Shown: positions 35,401 to 52,707 of the stretch, in pieces
Numbering within the stretch: position 1 is the first letter of the stretch
Layout of the letters: each line of letters begins with the position of its first letter
From: Eledone cirrhosa
Taxonomy: Eukaryota
Direction of reading: 5' to 3'
NCBI GenBank assembly: GCA_964016885.1
Contig: OZ024746.1
Coordinates: 72,850,001-72,914,000 of the forward strand
Length of the DNA: 64,000 nt
Position numbers and translations under genes: made by a program
Notes under the pieces: generated by a model
What the model saw: the letters and a program-made list of their open reading frames with translations, nothing else
What the model was told of the DNA's origin: nothing
Database searches by the model: none

Positions 35401-37542
35401 CCATGAACATTTGTGGACAGCTTAACATGTCCCTATCCTTCTTTCTAACTAGAACCCTATCTAGGTACGATCTAGATGTTCCGCTGTGATTAGTCCACGT
35501 CCACAGTGGACTAATCTATCGGCCAGGTCAAATCGGCCGATTAACTGTTTGAGGCTGTTACACCCCCCTCTATCGGGACATGCTCCCACTTAGTATCAAC
35601 GTGCATCTAGGATTCCATTCCAGTCCCCCACTAACAGCAGGGAGCAGGACGTTCCCAGAAAAGTCTCTAGACGTTTGAAGAAGTCTGGCCGCGGTTCCCG
35701 GATGGGGCATATGCGGCCATCAGCCTGAAGGCTCCACCTTCACTACCGTCAACGTCTAGGACCACCAGTCGACCCTCCGGGTCCAGATGTACCGTCTGTG
35801 TTACGAGGTCCAGGTGTTTCCGCAGCAAAACGGCAACCCCACCCCCACCTCCCGGCTGACAGAGAGATGCGTAGATCTCAAAGTCTTCGAAGATGGGGGG
35901 CCAGTTGTCGCTCGCTGTGGATCCTGGACTCGCAAATGGCTACTACATCCATGCTGTGCGATCTGAGGTCGTTTAAGAGTTTGCCGTTTCCAGGGCATCC
36001 CCAGGCCGCGTACATTCACACATCCAACTCTTATATTGGCCATGTTGGTGCTGAAAAGTTAACAGAAGAGGAAAAGAAATCACTCACCTCTTCGTCTCCT
36101 GGGGACCAGGCAGCACAATTTCCATGGGGGTGTTGGAGGGGTTGTTTGGTGGGGTGGTGGTCTCTGGAGGGGTGGGGACAGAGATATTTGGTGGGGAGGG
36201 TGTGTCTGGTGGGATGAGGGTGGGGGTGGGGAAACATTTTAACAGGACTCGATTGTAGCGTTTGACGCAGGGGTTACCTACGTTGTTAGGAAATTTTTCT
36301 TTCAGCTGTTTATGTGTTTCCATGGAACTGCTAATCATTTTAAGATTAGGATTCTCTGAAGAGTGTGCAAAAGTTTTCCCTTCGATCTTCACCGAAGGGT
36401 TTTTATATATGGTGTCTGTTAAAGTTTTATTGTTAGTATTTATGTAGGAGTAACATTTTTGTTGTGTTCGGTTGCTTTTTGTCTGTGGTTCTTGTGTGTT
36501 TACGTTTTGTAGTAGGTGTTTTGTTTTCAGGAGGGGGTGTTTTTGTTTGTGCTGTTTGCGTCGCTTGTGTTGGTGTTTGTGTGTTTGTTGCATTTTTGTT
36601 TGTGTTATGTCTTTTCTTTTTTCTTTTTACTGGTCGGAAAGGCTCTCCCTCATCGTCACTGGGTGACGATGATGAGGCCTCATCCGTGTTGTTGGGGAGG
36701 GGTACGTTTTGGGGAACTGTTATGTATGTGGATGTTTCTGGAGTTGTTTAGATGGAGAGGGGTTGGGTGGGACTGTGTTTGTCGTTTGTTTTGTTGTCAC
36801 TATTTTTTTATCTAGTTGTTGTGGTGGTGGTGGTGGTGATTGTTGTGCTGGTGTTGCAGGTGTTGGCAGTAGTGCCTTTTTTTGGCTAGTTAGCTGAAGA
36901 CAGGAAGCTCTCAGGTGACCCCTGCTTGAGCAGTGGTAACATGAGGGCCGCCTACCCTCGACCGAAATGTTTATGTATATAAGCCATCCAACAACACACG
37001 TTCCAGGATCCTAGCTATTCGTTCTGGTGTCATTTGGACCAGAATTTCCAGGCTAGTTCCGCTGAACAGGTCGCCGGAGGACTTACCTACCGATATTATA
37101 TGGTCTGTTTCGTGGTTTAAAAATCCACATAGTACCCACCAAATGTCAATATTTGGTGTGATACATTGGATTTTTATTTTCTGTGTTCTTTTCCCCATGT
37201 AAGTGGGGAAAAAGGTGAACAGCGGTGACACAATTGGCGACACAGAATATTTATGTGCCGTCAATTAGAATGGATAAACTCCCGTAGAGTCTACTCTTCT
37301 GAATAAAAGCAATGTCTTTTAAGGCATTTTTTAAAACCAACTCGCCTTGTGAAAGTTGAGTCGGTTTTCGTGTTTTATTTGAGATTGTCCTGAAATGACA
37401 GTTTTCAAGGCAGCTTCTCTTCGCAAATCTGGGGAGAGTTTATGGAGAATGATCCGTTCTCCCCAAAAGTAACATATTGTCTGGCGTTATTCAAAAGCTC
37501 ATTTGCATTTGAAATATCTACTGGAGTGTAGCTTACCGTTTT
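32456..37542 (-). mobile_element. Tx1/L1-clade LINE, near full length, frameshifted (ORF1 with CCHC knuckle; ORF2 endonuclease, RT and zinc finger)
   Basis: ORF1 EGRRPSCYHCSSRGHLRASC (about 36900-36960); ORF2 start MANIRVGCVNVRGL (36043); KSPGLNGLPYEFY, NFRPITLLNTE, LDQSKAFDRVDH, AYADD, CPRC...ETVAHVFVHC; AATAAA plus (ATCT)n tail; 5' end runs into the gap. Confidence 0.9.
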
Positions 37543-37742
37543 NNNNNNNNNNNNNNNNNNNNNNNNNNNNNNNNNNNNNNNNNNNNNNNNNNNNNNNNNN
37601 NNNNNNNNNNNNNNNNNNNNNNNNNNNNNNNNNNNNNNNNNNNNNNNNNNNNNNNNNNNNNNNNNNNNNNNNNNNNNNNNNNNNNNNNNNNNNNNNNNNN
37701 NNNNNNNNNNNNNNNNNNNNNNNNNNNNNNNNNNNNNNNNNN
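37543..37742. other. Assembly gap (200 N)
   Basis: Run of N. Confidence 1.
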
Positions 37743-40920
<3,178 letters not shown>

Positions 40921-40924
40921 ATTA

Positions 40925-42012
40925 ATTCCTTACAGAAATTAATTAGTAGAGTGAAAATTTTAGTAAGTTAATTTTTAATTTTTAAAATATGGTTCATGGT
41001 AGTAGATAGGCTCTTGTCATAATAACACCCCACTCCTCACTGATTAACCTCAGTGTCACGTGATTGATTCTTTAGATTTGCCACTGACCAAGTAGGCAGT
41101 GAATTTTTTCAGTGCCTGGTTTTAGTCCCCACTAGCTTTATTCCATCCACTGAATTATTATTTTTATATGGGTTCCTAGTCTCCGCGCATTGCCTGGGAA
41201 CTTAGCTGAGAATAGACTCACTGATAACGTAAGGACTGCTCTATAGCTACATTGCGTAACTATAATTATTCCCTTACAGAAACTAATTAGTAGGAGTGAA
41301 AATTTAGTAAGTAAGTTAATTTTTTAATTTTTAAAATTTTCTTATTTTACGTCTTTCATATAATTGTTCTGCACCCCCCTGTATAGAACCACAAAGGTAC
41401 TAAGACATAACATATATATTTGCTAGCATGGGTATACATCTGTATATATATGTTGGTAGATATACTAATTCTCTATATTTATCTCCAAATTATTTGTTGA
41501 GCGAAACTTGCCAAAATTTACTGCTATGTTTCATGGTAATAGATAGGCTCTTGTCATAATACCACCCCACTCCTCACTGATTAACCTCAGTGTCACGTGA
41601 TTGATTCTTTAGAATTTGCCACTGACCAAGTAGGCAGTGAATTTTTTCAGTGCCCTGGAATTTAGTCCTCGCTAGCTTTATTCCATCCACTGAATTATTA
41701 TTTTTATATGGGTTCCTAGTGTCCGCGCATTGCCTGGGAACTTAGCTGAGAATAGACTCCCTGATAACGTAAGGACTGCTCTATAGTTACATTGCGTAAC
41801 TATATTTATTCCCTTACAGAAACTAATTATTAGGAGTGAAAATTTTAGTAAGTTAATTTTTAATTTTTAAAATTTTCTTATTTTACGTCTTTCATATAAT
41901 TGTTCTGCACCCCCCTGCATAGAACCACAAAGGTACTAAGACATAACATATAGATTTTCTAGCATGGGTATACATCTATATAATATGTTGGTAGATATAC
42001 TAATTCTCTCTC
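40925..42012. repeat. Unclassified tandem repeat, period about 540 bp (about 2 units)
   Basis: CCCTTACAGAAACTAATT at 41271 and 41811; 40995-41480 matches 41532-42012. Confidence 0.8.
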
Positions 42013-42138
42013 TATAGATATATGTATATATGTATAAATATGTATATATATATATGTATATATATATATGCATATGTATACATATTTATATATATATATA
42101 TATATATATGTGTATATGTATGCATATGTATATATGTA

Positions 42139-45100
42139 TCTATTTATTAATTTGAAGAACGTCAGTATTCCCTGTGTCATAATTCTCGATTATCATTGGT
42201 TCATAGGTTTCAAATGACTCCGCCCACCTCAACGACGCCAAACTGAAATTAATATGCATAATGCCAATGAGGGAGTGAGAGGAGAGAGTGTGAACGCTGT
42301 GTTCAATAACTATTTACATCTGTGCGTGTGCATGTACGCGCGCGTATGTTTATGTGTGTGTGTGTGTGTGCGTGCAGCGTTCCACAGAAAGTAAAAACTA
42401 TCAACATGTGTGAGTGTGTGCGTGTGTAAGTTTGCGTGCGTGCGAGCGTTTCCATGCGTGTATGTGTGTGGCGTTCCACAATCGCCACGCAGTTTATCTG
42501 TCTGTGTGCCTGTCTGTCAGTCTAACATACACAGAGTTGTGAAGGGTGTAAATAGGGACCTTTCTTTACATTGACGGGCATCTTTTATATATATTATTGT
42601 GTCATATTTTGACAATTGCTCGAAATGAACACTGATAATAAAAGCAATTCGACTTTATCAAACAGTGAACCACAGCGGCGACGGCGTGCAGCCAGCAATG
42701 AAGAAAAACGGGTCGAGCAGCGCCATCGGAACGCCGAACTTCAGAGGCGAAGACGTGCCGCTATGAATGAAAAGGAACTGGCTGATCAACGCCAACGAAA
42801 CACTGGAGCCAAGCAACGACGGCGTGCTGCGATGGTTGAAGACGAACTGGCTGAGCATCATCAGCAGATGGCCATAATTCAGCAGCAACGGCGTGCTGCG
42901 ATGGATGAAGAGGAGCTGGCTGAACAGCGCCAGCGTAATACAGTTCAGAGAATGTGTCGCCAAAGTGCTCCTCATTCCAGTAAAGAGGCTAGAAGGCCAA
43001 CGAATGATATTAAAAATTGATCATTGTAACCGTGTCATTTTCAGATTGGTGGCCGAACATAGTGTCCACATTGTGCCCACATTGAGGCACAAAAAGGCGT
43101 GGACCACAATGTGCTGTCATAAAGGAGCAGTTCAACTAGAACCCTTGCGAATGCCGGATGATGAGGAGTCCCCGGAGTTTAAAATACTAAGTATGTGGGG
43201 GTGATCAAGGAGACTGAGGTAGATTACTGCGCAAATATTCGCGGCAAATTAACAATTCATTAGCTTTAGCATCGCAGAGAGTTAGTGAGATGTTTGAGAG
43301 TGGAGCATGGCAACCGAATGTAGTCATTCAAGGCCGTTTGTATCATTGTATCGGTAATTTAGAAGTTACCTCAGGAGAGAGGCCTCGATTCGCTCAAATT
43401 TACGTTAACGATCCAGATTATAGTGAATCGGAGGAGGATATCAGGATCGGTTGGATGAAGTTGCCGGGAAATATAACTGAACTTGAACGGCAAAGGTTAA
43501 GTGATTTGATCCGTGATTTGCAATCATGGCTTAGACAGTGTAATCCTTATGTTATGGATTTCATGTTGGTGGCTGAACCGCAAAATGTTCAGCAGCAAAC
43601 ATTGGTGATTAAGGCTGACGCAGTGCCAAGGAATCAACACAAACGGCGATATAATGCCCCTGAAGGATTTCGTGAAGTTGCTGTGTTGATGGACGATAAG
43701 CCTGGATCGAGATATATCGTCCTCAATCGCAGAGATGGTGGTCTCAAGACTGTCAATGAGTCAAATAGGGCATACGATCCATTGCATTATGTTCTTTTAT
43801 TCCCAAAAGGTGAAAATGGATGGAACATGTCTGTTCATTTAGATGATCAGGAGAAGCAGCATAAATAGGGAGGTGGCAATAGTCACAATAATTCGATTCG
43901 CGGCTTTTACGCGTTCCATTTGAACGAGAGGAATCATTTGAACAGAGAAATGCGCTATTTCAAGCCAGTAGATTGTCCCAGGAATACTGTTGTATGGCAT
44001 TCGCAAATATCGAAAATCAAAGGCTAAATTATATAGCTACACATCAGCAACATATCAGAGCTGAATTGTATATTAATATATAGGATGCGATAACAGCCGA
44101 TGATGCCAAATACAAGCAAATTGGTCGACGCATCATTTTGCCATCGTCGTTCATCGGTGGCCTGAGATATATGAACATTCGCTATCAGGATGCAATGGCT
44201 ATTGTCAGAAAGTTTGGAAAGCCAGATTTGTTTATAACGGTTGCATGCAATCCTGAATGGACTGATATTAAGGATGCTCTTTTGCCAGGACAACAGCGAA
44301 AGGATTGTGCACTACGCAACTTGGTGGCAAAGTCAATGGTGCACAACCAATGCGGAGTGGCAAATCGGAAAGCGCCTTGCATGAAAAATGGCCAATGCAG
44401 TAAGCACTTTCCGAAATCTTTTGTCACGAACACTTCCTGGAACGATGGGGATGCTCATCCCTCATACAGAAGACGGTCGCCTGCAAATGGCGGTTTGGTC
44501 GAAAATGTAAACGGTCGACAGGTTACAAATCAATGGGTTGTGCCATACAATCCATAATTGATTATGAAATATCGTTGTCATATTAATGTTGAAATTTGTA
44601 GCTCAGTGAAAGCTTGCTAGTATATATTCAAATATGTTTAGAAAGGTCATGATCGGGAAATGATCAATGTCAGGAATGAGGAAGCGAACCAAGGAGATGA
44701 AGTTGGCAGGTTCCAGGATGTTCGCTCGATTGGATCTAGCGAAGCTTGCTGGAGATTGTTCGATTTTGATCTCAATGAACGCAAACCCAGCGTTCAGAAA
44801 CTGACGGTTCACTTAGAGAATATAGGCAAACGGTCAGGTTTTCAGGACACTAGAAGAGGTGTCGAAAGAATTGCTAAGGCACCACCTCCTAAGACGGAAT
44901 TGACTGAGTGGTTCAAGCATAATAGGGAACATGCTTTGAACCCGGATCAAAGGCAACTTTACTGCGATTTTCCTTCGCACTATACGTGGGATAAGAATGG
45001 AAAGAAATGGAATGATAGAAAGCAAAAGTTGAGATTCATGACTATTGGACGGGTTTGTAATGTCCATCCAGCATCTGGTGATGTGTTTTATCTCCGAATT

Positions 45101-47923
45101 CTGTTGCATAATGATTTTTCGAGAGGTAAACAGAGCTTCGCTGATTTGAAAACAATCAATGGCGTGGAATATGAAACATACCAGGCTGTGTGTCAGCATC
45201 TGGGACTCCTTCAGGATGACGCTGAATGGAATAACGCCATGGAAGCTGCAGGAACAACACAGATTCCAGCTCAAATAAGGCAGTTGTTTGTCACAATTCT
45301 AGGATTCTGCAATCCTGCCGATCCAAGAGAGTTATTTGAATGCCATTGGGGAATTATGGCTGATAATTTTAGGCATCATCTTCAGGTCGATGATGAAAAT
45401 TTGATGAAAGCTATTGTTTTGCTGAATATTGAGCAACTGCTTGAAGTTCATTTCAAATGTTTAACAGATTTCAATTTGCCAATTCCTGATGAAGAAATGC
45501 GGCAACGTGTCTTAGCATTGAACATGAGATTGCAGCTTAGACGGTTGCCACTCGATCGGAGGGAACTATTCCAGTTTGATCCACTGGAACAGCAACATTG
45601 TGGATGAATGTATACCAATGTTGACCCAATCTCAGAGAGAATTAGGCGATGGCGTTCTCCACTCGATTTCCACTCATGAGCAACTTTGTGCTTTCATAGA
45701 TGCTCCAGGAGGCACCGGAAAGACATTCTGTTTCAACACTATGTTATCGGCAGTCAGAGCTCAGAGGAAGATTGCTCTCCCTGTGGCCACCAGTGGGATC
45801 GTTGCCACTTTGCTGAGTGGTAGAAGGACCTTCCACTCATGCTTCAAGGTTCCATTGGCTCCGGATGAGTTGAGTGTCTGTAACATTACAGGACAAAGTG
45901 AACTCGCGGGCCTTATACGCAATACGTCTCTGATTATTTGGGACGAGGCTCCAATGGCACTCAGATATTTGCTGGAGGCATTGGACAGAACTTTGAGAGA
46001 TATCTGCGGTAGTGACCTGCCATTCGGTGGTAAGACTATCGTTCTTGGTGGCGATTTCAGACAGGTGCTACCAATTGTTAGGAATGCTCAAAGAGCGCAA
46101 ATTGTCGATGCATGTCTGAAAAAGTCCCCGTTGTAGCGCCATTTCAGAGTTTTGCGATTACACGATAATATGCGACTTGGTATGTTCGTGCAAAACGAAG
46201 AGACTGAGACATATGGTTGATGCAGTTGGGAAACGATGAATTGCCACACGTTGGTGATAATCTTGCTGTAAGAATCCCAGACCATTTGGTCGTGCCACTG
46301 GACCGCCAAGCATTGATTGACTGGGTGTTCCTAATTTGAATGCTTTTTGGCAGAATATCTCCTGGATATCGGAACGCGTTATTCTAACTCGTACGAATGC
46401 AACGGTCGATGAAATAAATTCACAAGTAGCCGGAATGTTTCTTGGAGAGGAATGGTTGACCGTCAGTGCGGATGCAATGGAGCCTAATCAGCAGAACAAT
46501 ATGGATGTTCCGACTGAGTATCTGAATTCACTTCAAATATCCGGATTCCCCCCTACATATTTTGAGGTTAAAAAAGGATATGCCGATTATATTGCTTAGA
46601 AATATTAATCATAAAATGGGTCTTTGCAATGGTACCAGATTGATTATTAAGAGATTGATTAACGGAAGAGTTTTAGAAGCTAAACTCCCAGGCAGAGAGG
46701 AATCGGTTCTCATTCCGAGGATCAGGCTGAGACCAAGTGAAGATCTGCTGCCATTCATTTGGCAAAGGAGACAGTTTCCCGTCAATTTGGCCTCCATGAC
46801 TGCCAACAAGGCACAAGGACAGACTTTCAAGCGAGTCGGTGTCTACATGAATGATCCAGCATTCAGCCATGTGCAACTGTATGTTGCTGCATCTCGAGTG
46901 TGCGATGCTGATGGTATAACATTTGCAATTGATACCACTAACAGAGTATTACAGTATTGGTAAAAAATACTTTCACTGCTATGTTGCGCAATAAATACCA
47001 ACAACTAGTGGTAGAAATTGCCTTCTCTGCTATGAATATTCGACGTAAATGATTCAGACATTGATGTCCTTTGATCAGTATTGTGAGCTTTGACAGAGTT
47101 ATCATTTCTGTTCAATGTCATTTATTGTCGATAATTAGGAATAATAAACAACAAGTATTGATAGAAATTGCCTTCAAATGTATCGCTTCTGATAGCGGTG
47201 GTAATAAAACCTCATCATATGCTGAGTCTGGCAAAACGTTTGGTGCTTATGGCCGGCCAGGGCTAGAGTAATATTGAAAAACGATTCTATTTTCGAAGTA
47301 GAAGGATCCTCTATTTGGAGTTCAAACCAGGCCACCTCCCCGAGTTGAACTCTGGGCAATATTGACTGTCTATTACTCAGTGGCTAAGAGCCTGGAAATT
47401 ACTGAATACATTTTTGTGTCATATAATTTGTTGTTTTATTATTATAGCTGACCACTTATAGATAAGCATGTTATCCATATCCATATTAATTTGGCATTTG
47501 TATAAACCATTTCAAGTAAATAGGGACCTTTTTTTACATTGACGGACATCTTTTATATTAATTATCTATATCTATATCTACATATAATATAAAAGATTGG
47601 AACTTCCATCATCCTTTTGAGAAACGTGGAACAACCACGTCTATGCAATGATTCAGGTTTTACAGTCAGGCAGAAGATGAACCATCTTCTAGAGGTCACT
47701 ATTCTAGGTGGGAGCACCTAGAATTGTTCATATACTATGCACAAACGGTACAACAAAGAATCTGGTATATCTGGAAGATTGTTTTTACTGTTTTTGGTAT
47801 CACACAAACACCACGGACTCTCCTCAGACTGTAACCAGACAAACATCCAATACAGTCATGTTCTCTTTTACCTTTCTTCTCTTATCATCTGTTTACCCGG
47901 GCGAAGCTGGGTACGTCAGCTAG
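42139..47923 (+). mobile_element. Decayed autonomous-type Helitron (Rep plus Pif1 helicase)
   Basis: A|TC 5' end; 3' hairpin ACCCGGGCGAAGCTGGGT plus CTAG; Rep motifs RFAQIY, YDPLHYVLLFP, PSSFIGG..YQDAMAIVRKFGKPDLFIT; helicase FIDAPGGTGKT, IIWDEAPM, GGDFRQVLP, GLCNGTRL, KAQGQT; many stops and frameshifts. Confidence 0.93.
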
Positions 47924-48575
47924 TCTATATATTAATTTGAACAATGTCAGTATTCCCTCTGTCATAATTCTCGATTATCATTGGTTCATAGGTTTCAAAC
48001 GACTCCACCCACCTCAACGACGCCAAACTTAACTTAATATGCATAATGCTAATGAGAGAGTGAGAGGGGAGAGAGAGAGGTAAAGTGAACGCTGTGTTTG
48101 GATACACTATGTATATGTGTCAGTGTAGAGACATGTGTGTGTATGGAAATAAGAGGGGAAGGAAAACAATAACTATTAACATGTGTGCGTGTGTATGTAC
48201 GTGCGCGTATGTTTATGCGTGTGTGCGTGCGTGCAGCGTTCCACAGAAAGTAAAAACTATCAACATGTGTGAGTGTGTGCGTGTAAGTTTGCGTGCGTGT
48301 GTGCGTTTCCATGCGTGTATGTGTGTGTACGTGCGGCATCCCACAATCGCCACACAGTTTATCTGTCTGTGCGCCTGTCTGTTAGTCTAACATACACAGA
48401 GTTGTGAAGGGAGTAAATAGGGACCTTTTTTTACATTGATGGACATCTTTTATATTAATTATCTATATCTATATCTACATATAATATAAAAGATTGGAAC
48501 TTCCATCATCCTTTTGAGAAACGTAGAACAACCTCGTCTATGCAATGATACACGTTTTACAGTCAGGCAGAAGAT
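47924..48575 (+). mobile_element. Second, internally deleted Helitron copy in head-to-tail tandem, 3'-truncated
   Basis: Starts with TC immediately after CTAG; 47924-48455 matches 42139-42590 and 48414-48575 matches 47517-47678. Confidence 0.85.
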
Positions 48576-48936
<361 letters not shown>

Positions 48937-49030
48937 ACATATGTATATATATATACATATACATATATATATACACATATACATATATACATATACATAT
49001 ATATATATACACATACATATATATATACAC

Positions 49031-49061
<31 letters not shown>

Positions 49062-49298
49062 TATATACATATATATATACATATACATATACATATATAC
49101 ATATACATATATATGTATATATACATATACATATACATATATATATACATATATATATATGTGTACATATGCATATATATATATATATATATATATGTGT
49201 GTACATATGTATATATATATATACGTGTACATATGTATATATATATACATATATATATACATATATATATATACATATATACATATATATATATATAC

Positions 49299-49467
<169 letters not shown>

Positions 49468-49506
49468 CATATACATATATATATATACATATACATATAT
49501 ATATAC

Positions 49507-49557
<51 letters not shown>

Positions 49558-49699
49558 CATATATGGAAAAATGAAATTTCATTTCTCACTCTTAGTACGG
49601 CTGATACTTAAATATAAATATGTATACGTACATACATATATGTATACAGACGTACAGTAGTATGTATATACATACATACATGCACACATATATATATAT

Positions 49700-49910
49700 A
49701 CCCATGTTTATTGCCTCTGTGATTTGTCCAAGCAATGGGTCTTTTCTGTGAGTAGATTCTATTTTTATCTCTATGTTCTCTAATTTGCCCTTATGTTCTA
49801 TTTTAGCATGTTGGTGGAGTATTGATGAGTCTCTTCTATCCTGGAGTTCTCGCCAGAGTTCATTTAATCGTTCACCTATGCTACGAGCTGTCTCACCTAT
49901 ATACATTAGG
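49700..49910 (-). mobile_element. Penelope GIY-YIG fragment
   Basis: MYIGETARSIGERLNE...SSILHQH...EAI. Confidence 0.7.
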
Positions 49911-50189
49911 TGAGACAGCAATAAACATAAATGAACTCCAACCAAAATTAAATAGAAAACATGAATGGAATAGCAACATCACAACTTATAATTAAGGACA
50001 AAATGAAAACACACACACAGAACAAACGACTAACTAGTAACATGTAAATAAACAAATAAATAAACAAATAAAAACACACACAGACACCCGGATGTAACAC
50101 ATGCGCAGACTAAGCCCACAACACACGCAAAAACAAGATGGCGTAGGACAGAACAAAGGAGAGGCACAAAACAAAGAAAAGAATCCCCA

Positions 50190-50232
50190 GTCACTGAAGA
50201 GGTCACAGAATGTGTGACGAAAGAACTTTGAC
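50190..50232 (+). ncRNA. Minimal hammerhead ribozyme-like motif
   Basis: GTCA-CTGAAGA-g-GTCACA..TGTGAC-GAAA-gaac-TT-TGAC. Confidence 0.55.
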
Positions 50233-50448
50233 AATATATGAACAACCCTCCGGTTGTGGAACCAGCAAACCAACCGGAAATTTATGAAATTTATATTTAT
50301 AAAATTTATAAAATTTTTAATAAATTGAAGTGAAAGCAACTGGTGCGTGTGTTTCTTATTGGCAACATGACCCTCCCAAAGTATAACAATATCGGTTTCA
50401 ACACACGTTTTCAGATAAGGAATCTTGCTAAACAAATTCAGAAACGAA

Positions 50449-50506
<58 letters not shown>

Positions 50507-50789
50507 ACCAAATTATACGGTAGTATCCAATCCGTATGAAGAACTCAATGTAATCCAAATATCATGAAAAGAAAAGATGTATTCAAAAATTTTTTTCGAT
50601 GTTTCTTTGTTTTTATTCATTTATATATATATATATTTCGTTTCTGAATTTGTTTACCAAGATTCTTTATCTGAAATCGTGTGTTGAAACCGATATTGTT
50701 ATACTTAGGGAGGGTCATGTTGCACACAGAAACAAAATGGCGTAGGACAGAACAAAGGAGAGGCACAGAAACAAAAGAAAGGAATCCCC

Positions 50790-50834
50790 AGTCACTGAAG
50801 AGGTCACAGAGTGTGTGACGAAAGAGCTATGACT
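50790..50834 (+). ncRNA. Minimal hammerhead ribozyme-like motif (second pseudo-LTR copy)
   Basis: AGTCA-CTGAAGA-g-GTCACA..TGTGAC-GAAA-gagc-TA-TGACT; 50730-50990 repeats 50130-50390. Confidence 0.6.
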
Positions 50835-50983
50835 ATATATAAACAACTATCTGGTTGTGGAACCAACCAACCAACCAGAAATTTATAGATTTATAAATTT
50901 GTAAATTTATAAATATATAATAAATTGAAGTGAAGCAACTGGTGCGTGTGTTTCTTATTGTCAACATGACCCTCCCAAAGTAT

Positions 50984-51043
<60 letters not shown>

Positions 51044-51421
51044 TTAGCGAGAATCGTATTTCGGCGGGTAGAAATAAGCGAAAGGCAATTTCCGATTTGT
51101 GTTGGCAAGCGCTCCATGGGCCAACAGAGAACAGAGCAATAACCATATGTTATAAAGGCCATACACACTCAGACGGCGGTTAAGAAGCTATCAACCAGCT
51201 AAGTCCATTCGACGAGTCGCCAAACTATTCCTGTCCACCCAATTTCACTAACAAGGCATGGATCAACCGAGGTAATGGTAAATAGTATTTGCTCAGGGTG
51301 CTACTTCGGGAAATCAAACACACACCTTAATGATTGCGAAGTGAATTTGTTAACCATTCGACAATGTAACGTCCACAAAATTACAATATAGTCATAAGAA
51401 TACAGAGTAGAATACACTTAC

Positions 51422-51449
51422 TTTGTGTTATCCTTTAGTTTAAAACAAT
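51422..51449 (-). CDS. Micro-exon A (28 nt, phase 1 to 2): xCFKLKDNT; partner exon B not found
   Basis: ttctccag|ATTGTTTTAAACTAAAGGATAACACAAA|gtaagt. Confidence 0.6.
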
Positions 51450-52672
51450 CTGGAGAATGGAGATAAAAATATATTAATCATGTTACTCTAGACCAAGTAA
51501 TTTGAGTTCACATACAAATAGCAGTTTTGGTATATTAACTGGATATTAGACAAAATAACCAATAAAAACAAAACAAAATAAACCGATAATGTTTATCATA
51601 TATTAAAAAATATAAGGTGGACTAGATTACAAATTTTACTAATTAATTATTATCTTAGATTTTATGTGTTTATTTTGAACCAAGACCATTCTTTTTAATA
51701 ACAAACGTGTTGTAGTGTTTTTGTGGTGGACCTCCGTCGGTGGCGACAGTGAATATTGCAGTTGTAGGATTAACGGAACAGCTAGCTGGCGATATTAAAT
51801 TGGAAGTGGTAGTACCATCATTGTTGGCAGTAGTAGTAGTAATAGTAGTAGCAGCAGCAGTAGTAGTAGTTGAAGTAGAAGTAGTAGCAGCAGTAGTAGT
51901 AGAAGAAGAAGTAGTACTGACTCTAGTACTGGTAGTTGTAGTAGTAGAAGTATCAGCAGAAGTAATAGTACTAGTAATAGTAGTAGTAGTAGCAGCAACA
52001 GCATCAATAGTAGTAGTAGTAGTAGTCGTAGTAGCAGTAGTAGTACTAGTATTAGTAGAGGTAGTAGTTGTAGAAGTAGTCAGTAGTAGTGGTAGGAGAA
52101 GTGTTGGCTGTAGTCCAGGAGGTAGTAGTGTAGCAGTATCAGAAACGGTAGTAGTACTAATAATAGTAGTAGTAGCAACAGAGTAATAGTAGTAGTAGTA
52201 GTAGTAGGTGTAGTAATAGTAGTAGTAGGTGTAGTAGTAGTAGTAGTAGTAGTAATAGTAGTTTAGGCTAAATGTTAGATTTTGTTGATTAGAATCTATG
52301 ACCGAAGTCTTTCCGATCATGACCATCTCTTTTGGTTTCCAAGGTCAGTGTATCTAGTACGATAAAGTGTGATTCGAAGTGTTTTGCTGCTATTTCTAGC
52401 GGGTAGTGCGACCAAACAGAGGCTCCATCACAGGCTCATGTGGTCAGTTGTTTTATAATGTATATCTTTTACATATTTGTGAGCCAATTGAATCGGAACT
52501 GAGCAGTGCAAGTGAATTCTGGGTAACCAATTGTGGTGGAACATAGAGGTCTGTCAATGTCAGTTAGACATACCAATGTTACTAAGGGAATAGGAAGTTC
52601 CATTATTTCAGTCAGATACACTTCTAATAATTCTGGAGAGACAAACATAGATGGATAGATAGATAGATAGAA

Positions 52673-52707
<35 letters not shown>

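Noticed and set aside
42616-43020. Repetitive Arg/Gln/Glu-rich ORF as a host gene
   Set aside because: Typical charged helical repeats at the N-terminus of Helitron RepHel, and it lies inside the element.
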